A DNA stretch of 64,000 nucleotides from Podarcis filfolensis (taxonomy: Eukaryota), in the NCBI GenBank assembly GCA_964270895.1, contig OZ185437.1. One strand, written 5' to 3'. A program made the translations under genes and the position numbers. Of the stretch, positions 15,922 to 27,349 are shown piece after piece (within the stretch, counting starts at the first letter, position 1; every line of letters begins with the position of its first letter). The notes below the pieces were generated by a model. That model saw only the letters and a program-made list of their open reading frames with translations. It was not told the DNA's origin and searched no databases.

Positions 15922-16079
15922 CACACTCCTGAAAAACAATATGCCAGTTGAAATGCAGTTTTCCTTCAAAGTTCACACTTGCCTGAAAGTCGCAGGTCAA
16001 TTCTCCAGCCATTATTACATCTTGCAAGCCTATATGCTTGCACAGATGGAACATTTGTGTGTGAAAATCCCCAGGAGCT

Positions 16080-16830
16080 ACCCAAATAAATAATTGTACA
16101 CATGACACGGAATATAGTTTTAGGTTATTGGCATAATTTTGGCCACAACTTTATTGATTACAGATAGTGAGTGCTTTGTTTAGGCATTGGTTCGACTAGG
16201 CTGCTCCTGACCTCAGCAGGACGCAGTACTGACGGCTGGGCCCCACCATACCATCAGTGCCGGTAAATACCATGGGGGAGCATTGGTACAGGCACATGAC
16301 TCAAGTTCACCCCAAAATGCTCCCAGGGACTCTTGCGAGGTCCTACCCCCCGAAAGAGGTCAACAAAAGCATGGGGAGTCCCTGGATTCCTTTAACGGAA
16401 TACCTGTTGCGCATTGGTTCTCTGACCTCCCCTCCACACCACCATTTTAACCAATGCCTAACCGCCAAAGCTTACAAAATTGTGACGATTGGCTACGCGG
16501 CAAGCGAAACCCAAGTGGCATCAGCCAAATGGGAAAATTCCTACTGGGCCCCTGCCCCAAAAGCAGACGACCCACGAAGGCATAGCAAGGTCACAGCAAG
16601 ACTCTAAATATAGGGAAGGGTGGGCGGGTGATCCAGTGCACGAAGCGAAAAGAGGAAGCTCAACGCAACATGCAGCAATATATAAAGATCCCTCGGTTAT
16701 TACACAACATACCTATTGGCCAGATTAGCCCAACAACCAAGGGACCACCAATCGGGTTGTTGTGGCTATCCAATTGCTCCCACCCACACAACAGTGAGGT
16801 CAGTTCTGATGATCTCACCGCAGCACATGC
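16080..16830 (-). mobile_element. LTR/DIRS-like retroelement remnant; boundaries approximate
   Basis: Several CCAAT/ATTGG motifs and a TATA-like tract near 16679. Minus-strand aataaagttgtggcc end is shared with 361-381. Motif at 16605-16635 is shared with 60502-60531. Confidence 0.5.
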
Positions 16831-16955
16831 CCTTTGTGAGGAGGACCCGATTTACAGTATAATAATGTGACGTTGAACCTCACCCTATATGTTTTATTCT
16901 TCTTTATATGTTCTGCTTCTTTAAAAGTTCCTGTGTTGCATAGATCTTGTGATAA

Positions 16956-17105
<150 letters not shown>

Positions 17106-17256
17106 TAATTTTATTATTATTTTGATTGGCATTGTGCCTCTTGTTTGTGTTTGCTAGGTATCATTCATATCATCACGCTGTTGCACGCCACCCAAAGTGG
17201 TGCAAAATTCCAGGGGTTCCAGGTGCTTATCCAGAGTGTCTTTATGAGATATGGTT

Positions 17257-17260
<4 letters not shown>

Positions 17261-17296
<36 letters not shown>
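17261..17296. repeat. (CA)18 microsatellite
   Basis: Direct reading of the sequence. Confidence 0.95.
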
Positions 17297-17299
<3 letters not shown>

Positions 17300-18074
17300 A
17301 TATTTGATGGAGGGCTCACAGCATTAACCCCCCCCCCCCGGGGTCTTCCTTCTTCCATAGCGAAGCCTTGGATTGCAGCAGAAATCAGGCATAGCTCTGT
17401 CTCCCAGCTGCCCGGCCTTCAGCCTTCTCCCACAACTCAGCTCTGGTCTTTGTCTTTCTAACTGCCAGGCAGTTGAGGGAAGGGAGGCATCCATTGGCTG
17501 TCTGGCACAGAGCCTCTTCCTTTGTTACCTTCATGGCCCATACTTGGAGGGCCATTACCTCAACAGGAAGCTAGCATGGATCTAGGAATTAGAATGGGAC
17601 TCAGGCATAGAGCCCACCCTCTAAACTCATAACAGCATTTGCCCCCCTACATAAATCCAGAACTGTCTTCACTGTGTTGCCTTTCCCCTGATATTTTTTT
17701 ATGTTAATAATGTCCAGTTTTATGGCGTGGATAAAAGGTTGTTTTATGCTTTTATTCTATACATTTGTCAATATGTGCTCATGTGTGTGTGATCTCTGTA
17801 GTTGATACAATGACAGAGTATCGTAGCAACTGCAGGCTTCGTGTAATGGTTTTGTCTGTCCTAGCCTTTCAGTCATGGAATGTTGTGTACAGCACACAGG
17901 CTGCTCTGGCAGGGTGTGCAGTTGTTGCAAAGTCTTTGAGATTTGCTGTTTTATAATTATGCATGTTGATAGTGATGTTTATGTCGAAAAATAACAGCAG
18001 GGTCAGTTAGACTTCACATGCCATTGTAGTTCCCATTGCGGGGTATTGTTAACCCCAATGGCTTATATAGAACT

Positions 18075-18198
18075 GGCATCCCCAAACTCGGCCCTCCTGA
18101 TGTTTTGGGACTACAACTCCCATCATCCCTAGCTAACGGGACCAGTGGTCAGGGATGATGGGAATGGTAGTCCCAAAACATCTGGAGAGCTGAGTTTG
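18075..18198. mobile_element. Palindromic hAT-type MITE, eroded
   Basis: ggactacaactcccatcatccct ... agggatgatgggaatggtagtcc arms, same family as 21947-22082 and 43919-44056. Confidence 0.65.
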
Positions 18199-18213
18199 TT
18201 TAACCAGAAAAGG

Positions 18214-18214
<1 letters not shown>

Positions 18215-18265
<51 letters not shown>

Positions 18266-18420
18266 TTATTTATACCTCATCTTCCCCAGCCAGAGCTGGG
18301 CTCAGGGCAGCTAACACCAATAAAATTACAGTAAAAACATAATAGGAAAAAAACAAAACAAAAAAATTAAAATACAGGGTAAAATGCAATTTAAAATGCA
18401 GCCTCATTTTAAAAGTAGCC
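18215..18420 (-). mobile_element. L2 LINE 3' end with (AAT)17 tail at 18215-18265
   Basis: The reverse complement resembles the + strand L2 end at 22230-22370 (gcc...ccagag...tataaata followed by a simple-repeat tail). Confidence 0.6.
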
Positions 18421-19939
18421 CAGTACTTATCAATAAAGGTGTGATCATTATTATTTTTATTTTAACTTGCAGACAGTATGCTTAATAACTTTCATCCTAA
18501 ATTTTTTTGGCTTTCTTGGTATACATTTAGCCCCCATGCCAGATTGCTAAAGTCAGGGGTTCCCCCCCCCCCAATCAGCAGGAGGGCACATAGTATTGTG
18601 CAAGACAGCTTACAATATATTTAAAAAGAATAAAAAATAAGTATAAATGTTACAACATGAACAGGGATCACTAAATACTTGAAAGCACAGTTGGGATGCT
18701 AATTATTCTTGCTTGTTCTCTTTCTTCACATAAGCATGGAGAATGACATCGTTTTCTGCTGCATCATGTGCTTGGATCAGGAATATATTGTATTTTATGC
18801 CAAAAAGGTTAGCACTATGTTTTCGCTTGGTAAATTACAGTACCATCCTAATCATGTCTACTCAGAGGTAAGCCCTACTGAATTAAGTGGGGCATACCTC
18901 CAGGTAAATTGGATTAGGATTGTAGCCTAAATAAAAGTAAAGTGTGACACAGCCCTCCAGTTCTATATCATTTGGACGAGGATTTGGAAATGAAGCCGTG
19001 GAATTCCTGCTAGGATACCAGGAAGTTGTTAATTGAGATTTGATCACTGGGGAACATTTTGCACACTCTCATTTACATAGTGGCACTCATGTCCTTTTCA
19101 AACTTTTTAAAACTACTGATGCAAAATAGTGGTGTCCTCCGTGCGTAGCTATGTACATCAGTGAGTCATTCATATTAGCTAGAGGTAAGCGTTACAAAGG
19201 TGACTCTTAAATTTTAAGCATGAATATAGATATTAATTATTAGTCTGATAAATAGCTTGACAGAGATTAGATTCGCCAAACATCTTTACGTTTTCCTATG
19301 CAAACATTCTATTACCTTGTAGAAGGGCAATAACAATTTTCTGTGAGACTAGGGCTTATTAGAGTATGTAGATGAAGGCACCAAATAGTCCCTTAATGTT
19401 GATATTCATCTCCTTTTAATGAGCAGTCCCAAACAAGCAAGTATACCGATAAGCATCAATAGTAATACTTATAATTGGGGTAATCACTTTTCTAAAATGT
19501 TAATGTGTGCAAATTTTTGGAAAGGCCAGATTTCCAGCTGATGATAAATATTCAGGACCAGCAATCAGCCACAGGGTATCTTTATTCTGTGGTTCAATTT
19601 CCCTATTTATTTCCACTATTTGTATGCAAAGCTTCCTGTAATTTATATGAAAAAGAGGTAATTTATTGATGATGCCAAATGAGTTTCTGAAGCTTATTTA
19701 TACAGAATGTGTTTTGAAAGGCTGCTGGTTTATAACACCTGCAGATGTTACGTCCTGGGCAGGATTCTGATATCAGTAACTTGACTATTGCTCTTACCTG
19801 CTATCCGCAAGGTTAGATCAAACCTTCTGACTTTGTGTAACAGTGGTCCATTCCAGTTGAAACATTAAGCCATAGTTTAGTGCTACGTGAAAGTGCAGAA
19901 CCTAGACTTCTGCTCTAGGGCATTGGAATTTGCTACCAC

Positions 19940-20620
19940 CAGTCTTAAAAAGGAGATTAGACAAGTTCATGGCTATCAATAACTACTCTGTCAGGCAACT
20001 GCCATCGGAACGAGAGGAGGAGGCGAGGCTCCACAATGATGCTGGAGAGGGGCCAAGCAGGGAGAGAGGCAGGTCTCCTGTTGGGGAAGAAAATCAGCGC
20101 AACACCAGGGATAGAGGGGGGCCAATGGGGGAAGCAGAGAGCAGGCTCCGTGACTCTTCACTGGACACCAGCGGGGAGAGCACAGGTCCTCCGCTACCCA
20201 CGCCCTCCCTGCGCAGAAGACTTCCGCGCAGGGAGAGTAGGAGGAGACTGGGCGTCAAACAACTTTTATGTTGGAAAAGGTTTAAGAAACGCCCACTGAC
20301 GGTTTCTGCCAGCGACTGAACAGCCACGGAGTGGATGGCTGTCCAGCGAGAAATGGTTTAACCAGCCAACCTAGCCCAGAGCGGCAGCTATTTACGCACA
20401 AGCAACCCCTAAAGCCATTACATACTCGTAATGATCACTGTATGCTACCTCCATGATCTGAGCTAGCATGCCACTGAATACCAGTTTCTGGGGAACAATA
20501 GAGGAAGAGGACTGCTACCTTTGTGTTCCACTTTTGGGCTTTCTTGGGCATCTGGTTGGGCGTTATGGAAAACAGGATGTTGGATCAGATAAGCCTTTGA
20601 TATGATCCAGCAGGGCTTTT
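19940..20620 (+). mobile_element. CR1 LINE 3' fragment split by a solo LTR
   Basis: ttaaaaaggagattagacaagttcatggctatcaat resumes after the LTR as taatgatcactgtatgctacctcc...tggatcagataagcc. Matches the reverse complement of the CR1 ends at 43795-44200 and 57193-57500. Confidence 0.6.
19989..20422 (+). mobile_element. Solo LTR, 434 bp, probably Gypsy-type
   Basis: TG...CA termini (tgtcagg...gccattaca) and a perfect 5-bp TSD tactc (19984-88 / 20423-27). Confidence 0.85.
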
Positions 20621-21946
20621 CTTACATGTTTTCCTTTACCTCTTGTCCTGTGGGACTGCAAGGAAAAATCAGAAGCATCCGCATGCTGTTTTAAACTATT
20701 CATGGTTTGAGCTTGCCTGTTGCGCTGAAACAGGTAACTAGGGGACAGGGAGATGGAGATGGACTGCTTTTCAGAATTTGCAAGGAAGTCTAATTTTTAA
20801 AAACACAATGGTCAATGGTTCTACTTCTGCTTATATTTTCAAAAGGAAAGAGCCTTAGCTAGAGTCCAAAATGGCAGTGATAGCTTTGCCATGAATCATG
20901 GCTAAAGAGTCATGTCTTAAATTAATCTGAAATATAATAAGCCTTTTTTTTTCAGCACATTACGCAACCAATTTAGGATCAGACATGAGGTGATAAATAT
21001 TATTATTTTTTAGAGAAAAAAAGGTTTCACTAAGTAAATACGAAACCAAATAAGTTAGGTTTGTGATGTGCATGTCATATTCATTTCTGTGATTACAAGG
21101 AAACACTGAAGATTAGTTTAGCATATTCTTTCTTAGTTTTGATGTGAATGTTTTTCTGTGCTCTCACTCTTTGTGCAACAATTGATTCACTGATGAAATG
21201 TTATCAGACGTACTTCCCTCGCCCACCATTCTGAATTGCTGCAATGAAAATGAATGGCAATAAATCACCATATCTTATGAACATAACCTGGACAAGTACT
21301 GATTTAATAAAAAATCTTGATTTTGTCTCTTGATTTGACCAGCAATTTTAATGTGCCAGTCCCAAGCAAGTTTACTTGAAAATCAGCTCACTGAAATCAA
21401 TGGCACTCACATCTTTTTAAAATGCTAAGTGTCAGGGCGCTTGACTGCACTGCCTGGTTTTATTGTTTTGTTTTTTTGTTTGCAGAAAAATACTTTGCTT
21501 TCAGATAGATCTATCAATACAAACAAACATCCCTCTAGAACTTAATAGCTTTTTAGCATCTCCGTGTTTGTGAAATAATTGCAGTGTGGGTAGCTTATAA
21601 TAATTTAATTGAGCAGCTAGCTACACAGAAAGTTGTGCAGAATGCACAGCCACAGCAAGCTCCTTTGACTGCTGCTAATGCGCTTGTGTGTATTGAACAA
21701 AGTAAGTTTTTCTGTGGATCAAGATGGAAGAAGAAATAGCATCAAAAGGCCTTTGTGAAGCAATTGAACATATGAACAAATTCTATCTACTTTTGTTATA
21801 TTTGCAAAGGTTTTGTTTTTGTTTTCACCTCGAGACATTTCTGTTGATATTTTCCCACTCCCTGTAGTAGGTGCAGTGGGGTGGTATTGGATTTGTCTCT
21901 AGAAGAGCAAAAAAGGCACTGGTACACATCATGCATCTGCTTGGAG

Positions 21947-22082
21947 CAGGCATAGGCAAACTAGGCCCTCCAGATGTTTTGGGACTATAACTCCCATCAT
22001 CCCTGACCACTGGTCCTGTTAGCTTGAGATGATGGGATTTGTAGTTCCAAAACATCAGGAGGGCCCAGTTTGCCTATACCTG
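21947..22082. mobile_element. Palindromic hAT-type MITE
   Basis: TIRs caggcataggcaaact / agtttgcctatacctg. 8-bp flanks gcttggag / gttttgag match at 6 of 8. Confidence 0.75.
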
Positions 22083-22229
22083 GTTTTGAGCAATCATATG
22101 CCATTAGTTGTGGTTTGGCCTCTTTCTTCTCAGTGGCTCATTCCGAGTTTTCTTCATGCCCACCTACCCTGGGTATGCAGTAAAGCACAGTATGGTTTCA
22201 TAATTGGCTGAATTGTTTGTTGTTTAGGG

Positions 22230-22371
22230 AAGTTTTTAATGACTGATGTTTTAATGTATTTTTAATCTTTTGTTGGAAGCCACCCAGAGTGGCTGGGGAA
22301 ACCCAGCCAGATGGGCGGGGTATAAATAATAAGTTGTTGTTGTTAATAAGTTGTTGTTGTTGTTGTTGTTT
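22230..22371 (+). mobile_element. L2 LINE 3' end with (TTG)n tail
   Basis: ggaagccacccagagtggctggggaaacccagccagatgggcggggtataaataataa followed by ttg repeats. Confidence 0.7.
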
Positions 22372-23852
22372 TGCTCTTAACCCAATCTCCTACCTTGAAA
22401 AATACCTGTATGGTTTGATCCACAGTGTATCTCCTTTGTTGTAAAGTTAATGAAGCTGTGGGTCTAGAAGATCATTGCTAGGATTCCCACTTCTTTATTC
22501 TGAATGTGCAACTACCTCTTTCCATTCTTTATCTTATATTAAGATATTAGGTTGCTGCTTAAGAGATAGGTGTGCTTCAGTAGCATTTTAACAAAACCTA
22601 TTCCAGATGCTTAAACCTTTTTCTTTCAAATGCAAAATGGTTTGTTGTATTTATTAAATACATGTACAGTCACCCCAAATCCAGCAAGAGTCACCCTTAC
22701 ACAAAGCACTGGAATATCCTGATGTTTCCCACTGTACAGCTGAAGGCTCTTACTCTGGCCTTCCTGTAAATTGAGCACACCCATATTTTGGGTAAGAAAA
22801 ACAAAATACGAAATGGACATACGATATCAGTGAACAGATGGGGAAACTGTCTTTGAAGAAGAGAATTGATAATAGCCTGATTTGCTAGGCATAGCAGTAC
22901 AAGTCTTTTTATGTTTCAGATGAATGACTATGGCTTAGAGTTTGCCAAAGGCACACCTAGAATCTTTATTTACCCATAGTAAAGGCATACATTCTATGTG
23001 CGTTGGTATTTTAATCAGATTGCACACCCCTAGCTACACTGTGACACCAGTTTTTAAGACCCAAGGGTTTGTAATGTAAACATTTAGCACAGTGTTTACT
23101 GTGATGTTCATTGTCTCAAAATGGTGAGGGGGAAGAGGAAAGAATATTGCATTTTTGTTTTATGCAATAATTCAGTCTCGGATTGATTGCAATAATGATG
23201 CTGCCTTTAGTGCTAGTTTTGATTGACAGCTATTGTTTTGTGGAAGAAATTAGCCATATCATCAGGTTATATTCTGTGCTACAAAGAATCATTAGCTGTA
23301 GAAAAGCCCATTTAGATTAATGGAAGAATTAATTAAATTCTTGAGTCAAAAGAGCAACAAACTCTACAAGGAGTTCATTAAAGTTATTCTCAAATTTTCA
23401 TCAGTCATACAAACAAAATGATCTGATAGAGGAAACCAAGAATTCACACACAAAATGTGACTTTAAATCTAGTTTTCTAATACATTTCCAAAATTTTATC
23501 TGCTTTTATTTTAACTAGTTCAAAACAAGTAGTATAAGAATCTCTCAGTTTCTAGCAAAAACTCATGTAGTACCTATACTGTAGTTGTTCCTAGCCTGTG
23601 AACAACTTTTTGAAGTACTTCAGCTGTACATGATTGTGCTACAAGTTGTATGTTAAGTGCTTTTTTATCTATCTGTTTCTTAAACAAGTTTCAATTTCAA
23701 GGACTAAATGCTTAAGGAGTTCCAACTGCAGTATGGGTAAAATTGCATTCTGATGGCGATAAGACAGCATTATCTTTTTACTCCCTCCCTAACTCCAAAG
23801 CAAGTTTGTTAACACGAGTGTCCCCAATCTGTTTTCATACGCCATACGTAAC

Positions 23853-23997
23853 CAGTGCTTTTTTCCCTTAAAAACAACAACGTTTAGGGGTACTCTCATT
23901 TTCCTACTCATAATGAAATACTGCCCCTCAATGAGGCCAAACCTAGATTCACAAAATGTTTAGGGGTATGCGTACCCCTGCGCCCCCCAAAGCACTG
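23853..23997. mobile_element. hAT-type MITE, 145 bp
   Basis: TIRs cagtgcttt / aaagcactg. 8-bp TSD tacgtaac / tccgtaac matches at 7 of 8. Confidence 0.75.
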
Positions 23998-24109
23998 TCC
24001 GTAACTTATATCTATGTCCTGAATAAACTATGGTCACAAATAAGTTTTGTGTCTGGATTTTCAGTTTTTGAAATATGGCCACCCTAGACAATGGTCTAGC
24101 ATATCCTTT

Positions 24110-27100
24110 TAGATAAATTTATTGTCATTGTCCGTATATACACAGTATACACAACAACGAAAATCAAACACCCCCCCAAAGACCGGGTTCACATACACAT
24201 TTACACGTATCTCCAACACTCTCATCCTATTCAGACATAATCTATAAAACATAACATAATCCAGAATATAACATAACCTATTTAAAGGCATAACATAACC
24301 TAAAACCTATCTCATTCCTTCCTACTCCCTGCTTGCTATTTCTTGCAACTGGCCCTGAGATCATTATTTAGTGCAATCAGAGCTCTTGGATAGAAACTAT
24401 TCAGAAGGCGTGTGGTTCGTGTTTTCATTGTCCTATATCTTCTGCCCGAAGGCAACAGTTCAAAGAAGTTGTGAGCAGGATGGGTGGGATCTCTCAGGAT
24501 ATTGTGTGACTTCTTCAAAGTGCGAGACGTGAAGATCTCATCCAGGGTTGGTAGTTGGAGCCCAATAACATTCTGGGCAATTTTAATTATTCTCTGTAAA
24601 GCTTTTTTATCCGTTTCGGAGCTGCTCCCATACCACGATAATACACTATAGGTTAAGACACTCTCGATGGTACTGTGATAATAGGACAGAAGTAGGTGCT
24701 GAGATAGATTCAGTCCCCTGAGCATTCTCAGGAAATACAACCTCCCCTGCACCTTCCTCACAACCATATTAATATTTGCAGTCCATGAGAGGTCCTCAGA
24801 GATATAAATGCCCAGGTATTTAAAACTACCAACCCTCTCCACCTCCTCGCCATTTATGTACAATGGTAAAAATACACTTTTCTTTCTCCTAAAGTCAATT
24901 ATGAGTTCTTTGGTTTTTTTGGTGTTAAGCATAAGATTGTTTTCTTTACACCATTGAATTAACCCCTGTACTTCTTTCCTATAAGCAGTCTCATTGTTCT
25001 CACTAATGAGCCCCACCACTGTTGTATCATCCGCAAATTTGATGATTGTGTTGGACTTATACAGTGGGGTGCAATCAAATGTGTACAGGGAATAGAGAAA
25101 GGGACTTAACACACATCCCTGAGGGGCTCCTGTGCTTAATACTAGAGTAGAAGAATAGTAAGGTCCCATTCTCACTGTCTGCGGCCTATCAGTCAAGAAA
25201 TTCCTTACCCACAGACAGATCTTCTGATGTATACCCAAATTGGTCATTTTAAGAAATAACCTGTCTGGCAGAATTGTATTGAAGGCAGAACTGTAGTCCA
25301 CGAACAACAGCCTTGCGTAGGTTCCCTGTCGTTCTAGATGACTCAGTACAGTATGGACAGCGATGGAAATAGCATCATCAGTAGATCTGTTTCTTCTGTA
25401 TGCAAACTGGAACGGGTCTAGAGTGGATGGAAGACCAGCCTTAATATGATCTAGCACCAATCTCTCAAAACATTTCATAACAACAGATGTTAGAGCTATT
25501 GGTCTATAGTCATTGAGAGATACCACCACTGACTGCTTGGGGACTGGCACTATAATCGATGTCTTCAGGCAGGTAGGGACAGAACCCTGCAACAGGGATA
25601 GGTTAAAAATGTCCGTAAATACCCCAGCTAATTCTGCAGCGCAGTCCCTAATAACCCGTCCCATAATTCCATCCGGTCCAGCTGCCTTCCTAATGTTAAT
25701 GCTCCGAAAGGCACGTTGTACGTCAGAGGTCTGTAATAAAAATGGTTGTCTATCAGTAGTAGTTTCTGATGATGTGCTGGTAGCCAATGCTGTAGTGGCG
25801 GTAGTTCCAGTTCCCACCTCAAAGCGACTAAAAAATTGATTCAGTTGATCAGCCAGGTGCGCACTGCTACTGGCCAGTTCGTTTTTAATATTTTGCCCTG
25901 TGATTTGTCGCAGGCCTTGCCATACTCGACGAGGGTCGGAGCTCTCAAAATGTTTTTCAATCCTCCGGCAGTACATAGCTTTGGCATTCCTAATGCCCTT
26001 TTTCAATTTGGCTCTGGCTTCTCTATACTGTTGCGCATCACCAGAATGAAAAGCAGCATTTCTTGCCTTTAACAGAAGATACACATCCCTGTTTAGCCAG
26101 GGCTTGTTGTTAGGGAACACCCGTATTTGTTTGGTGGTAGTGACAACATCAATGCAGCTTTTAACGTAGAACAGTACTGTCGAAGCGTATGTGTCCACAT
26201 TATTCTCCACAAAAAGCGACCACTCGGTGCTCCGAAAGCAGTCTTGAAGTTGCTCAGATGCACCTACTGGCCACACTCGTATCTCTCTAGTTGATGGTCT
26301 AATTCTGCATACGAGAGGTCTATATGATGGTATCATAAGTAAAGATATGTGGTCTGACTGCCCCAAATTGGGCAAGGGCTTGGTCTTATATCCATGCATG
26401 ATGTTACTATATACTCGGTCCAGGGTATTTCCCCCCCTAGTGGGACAATCAACATACTGGTGGAACTTAGGAAGCACAGTCCTTAAATCGGCTCGGTTAA
26501 AATCACCAGCAACCACAAATGCTCCATCCGGGTGGGCCCGCTGCTGTTTGCTAATAGCAGTTAGCAGGTGGCCCATAGCTGTAGTAGTGTTTGCATCGGG
26601 AGGTATATACACCGCTGTTATTATAACAACATTAAACTCACGTGGCAAATAAAAAGGGCGGCACTTCACCACTAGGTACTCCAAGTCAGGAGAGCAATGC
26701 GTGTCCATTTGTTTGATGTCCGAGCTCCAGTTGTTATTTATATAAACGCAAATTCCTCCTCCTCTGCTCTTCCCGGATTCAGCGGTTCTATCCGCTCTAA
26801 TTACTGAGCGTCCTTCTAGCTGCAGAAGTCCCTGTGGAAAGGAGGGATCCAGCCACGTCTCTAAAAGGACCATAACACAGCAGTCCCGGATACTTTTCTG
26901 CCGAGAGGTAATAAGCTCCAACTCCTCTACCTTGTTAGGTAAGGATCTCACATTTGATACAAGGAGACTTGGCAATGCAGGCTTGTGGGGATTTTTACCT
27001 AACCTCACTCGTAGTCCAGCCCTGCAACCCCTCTTCTGCTTACGCCCTCTCCGTTTTCTTTTCTTTCTGGCAAGGAGAGCAAGGGGAGTATCCCAAGAAT

Positions 27101-27349
27101 GTGCAAGATATGGAGGCTCTCTGATAAGCTCAGCTGGAATGTTATAGGTTGAGACCTCCTGGCTGCAACCTTCTCCTCTGCCGATACTTAAGAGCTCTTG
27201 ACGACTATAAATTTCTTGTGCCTGAGTATTCACAGTCCATAGCAGCAACAAGTTCACAAATAAAAATAAAACACAAATCACTGAATACCGGTCTTCGGAG
27301 TGCCGAGCCGCTGCAAGTGCTTGCGCCGCCATCTTAACTCCAAGTTACA
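24110..27349 (-). mobile_element. Apparently full-length Rex1/Babar-type non-LTR retrotransposon, antisense to CSMD1
   Basis: Single intact EN-RT ORF. The 3' end on the minus strand reads gacaatgacaataaatttatcta, a Rex1-like terminus. Flanked on both sides by L2 RT sequence. No TSD found. Confidence 0.85.
24336..27332 (-). CDS. Rex1/Babar-type APE endonuclease-reverse transcriptase polyprotein, 998 aa, uninterrupted
   Basis: APE motifs SNVRSL, LETW, AVYIP, GDFN, LDRVY, SDH. RT motifs KAAGPDG, YRPIALTS, QFAYR, FVDYSSAFNTI, PQGCVLSP, KFADD, KYLG. C-terminus LLPSGRRYR...RLLNSFYP is typical of Rex1/Babar. Confidence 0.95.
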   Translation of the reverse strand: MAAQALAAARHSEDRYSVICVLFLFVNLLLLWTVNTQAQEIYSRQELLSIGRGEGCSQEVSTYNIPAELIREPPYLAHSWDTPLALLARKKRKRRGRKQKRGCRAGLRVRLGKNPHKPALPSLLVSNVRSLPNKVEELELITSRQKSIRDCCVMVLLETWLDPSFPQGLLQLEGRSVIRADRTAESGKSRGGGICVYINNNWSSDIKQMDTHCSPDLEYLVVKCRPFYLPREFNVVIITAVYIPPDANTTTAMGHLLTAISKQQRAHPDGAFVVAGDFNRADLRTVLPKFHQYVDCPTRGGNTLDRVYSNIMHGYKTKPLPNLGQSDHISLLMIPSYRPLVCRIRPSTREIRVWPVGASEQLQDCFRSTEWSLFVENNVDTYASTVLFYVKSCIDVVTTTKQIRVFPNNKPWLNRDVYLLLKARNAAFHSGDAQQYREARAKLKKGIRNAKAMYCRRIEKHFESSDPRRVWQGLRQITGQNIKNELASSSAHLADQLNQFFSRFEVGTGTTATTALATSTSSETTTDRQPFLLQTSDVQRAFRSINIRKAAGPDGIMGRVIRDCAAELAGVFTDIFNLSLLQGSVPTCLKTSIIVPVPKQSVVVSLNDYRPIALTSVVMKCFERLVLDHIKAGLPSTLDPFQFAYRRNRSTDDAISIAVHTVLSHLERQGTYARLLFVDYSSAFNTILPDRLFLKMTNLGIHQKICLWVRNFLTDRPQTVRMGPYYSSTLVLSTGAPQGCVLSPFLYSLYTFDCTPLYKSNTIIKFADDTTVVGLISENNETAYRKEVQGLIQWCKENNLMLNTKKTKELIIDFRRKKSVFLPLYINGEEVERVGSFKYLGIYISEDLSWTANINMVVRKVQGRLYFLRMLRGLNLSQHLLLSYYHSTIESVLTYSVLSWYGSSSETDKKALQRIIKIAQNVIGLQLPTLDEIFTSRTLKKSHNILRDPTHPAHNFFELLPSGRRYRTMKTRTTRLLNSFYPRALIALNNDLRASCKK

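Noticed and set aside
21000-23500. AT-rich, repeat-poor intronic stretches as conserved enhancers (also 44200-45200)
   Set aside because: Conservation cannot be judged without cross-species alignment.
25513-27337. Several 60-110 aa plus-strand ORFs
   Set aside because: They are antisense shadows of the Rex1 ORF.
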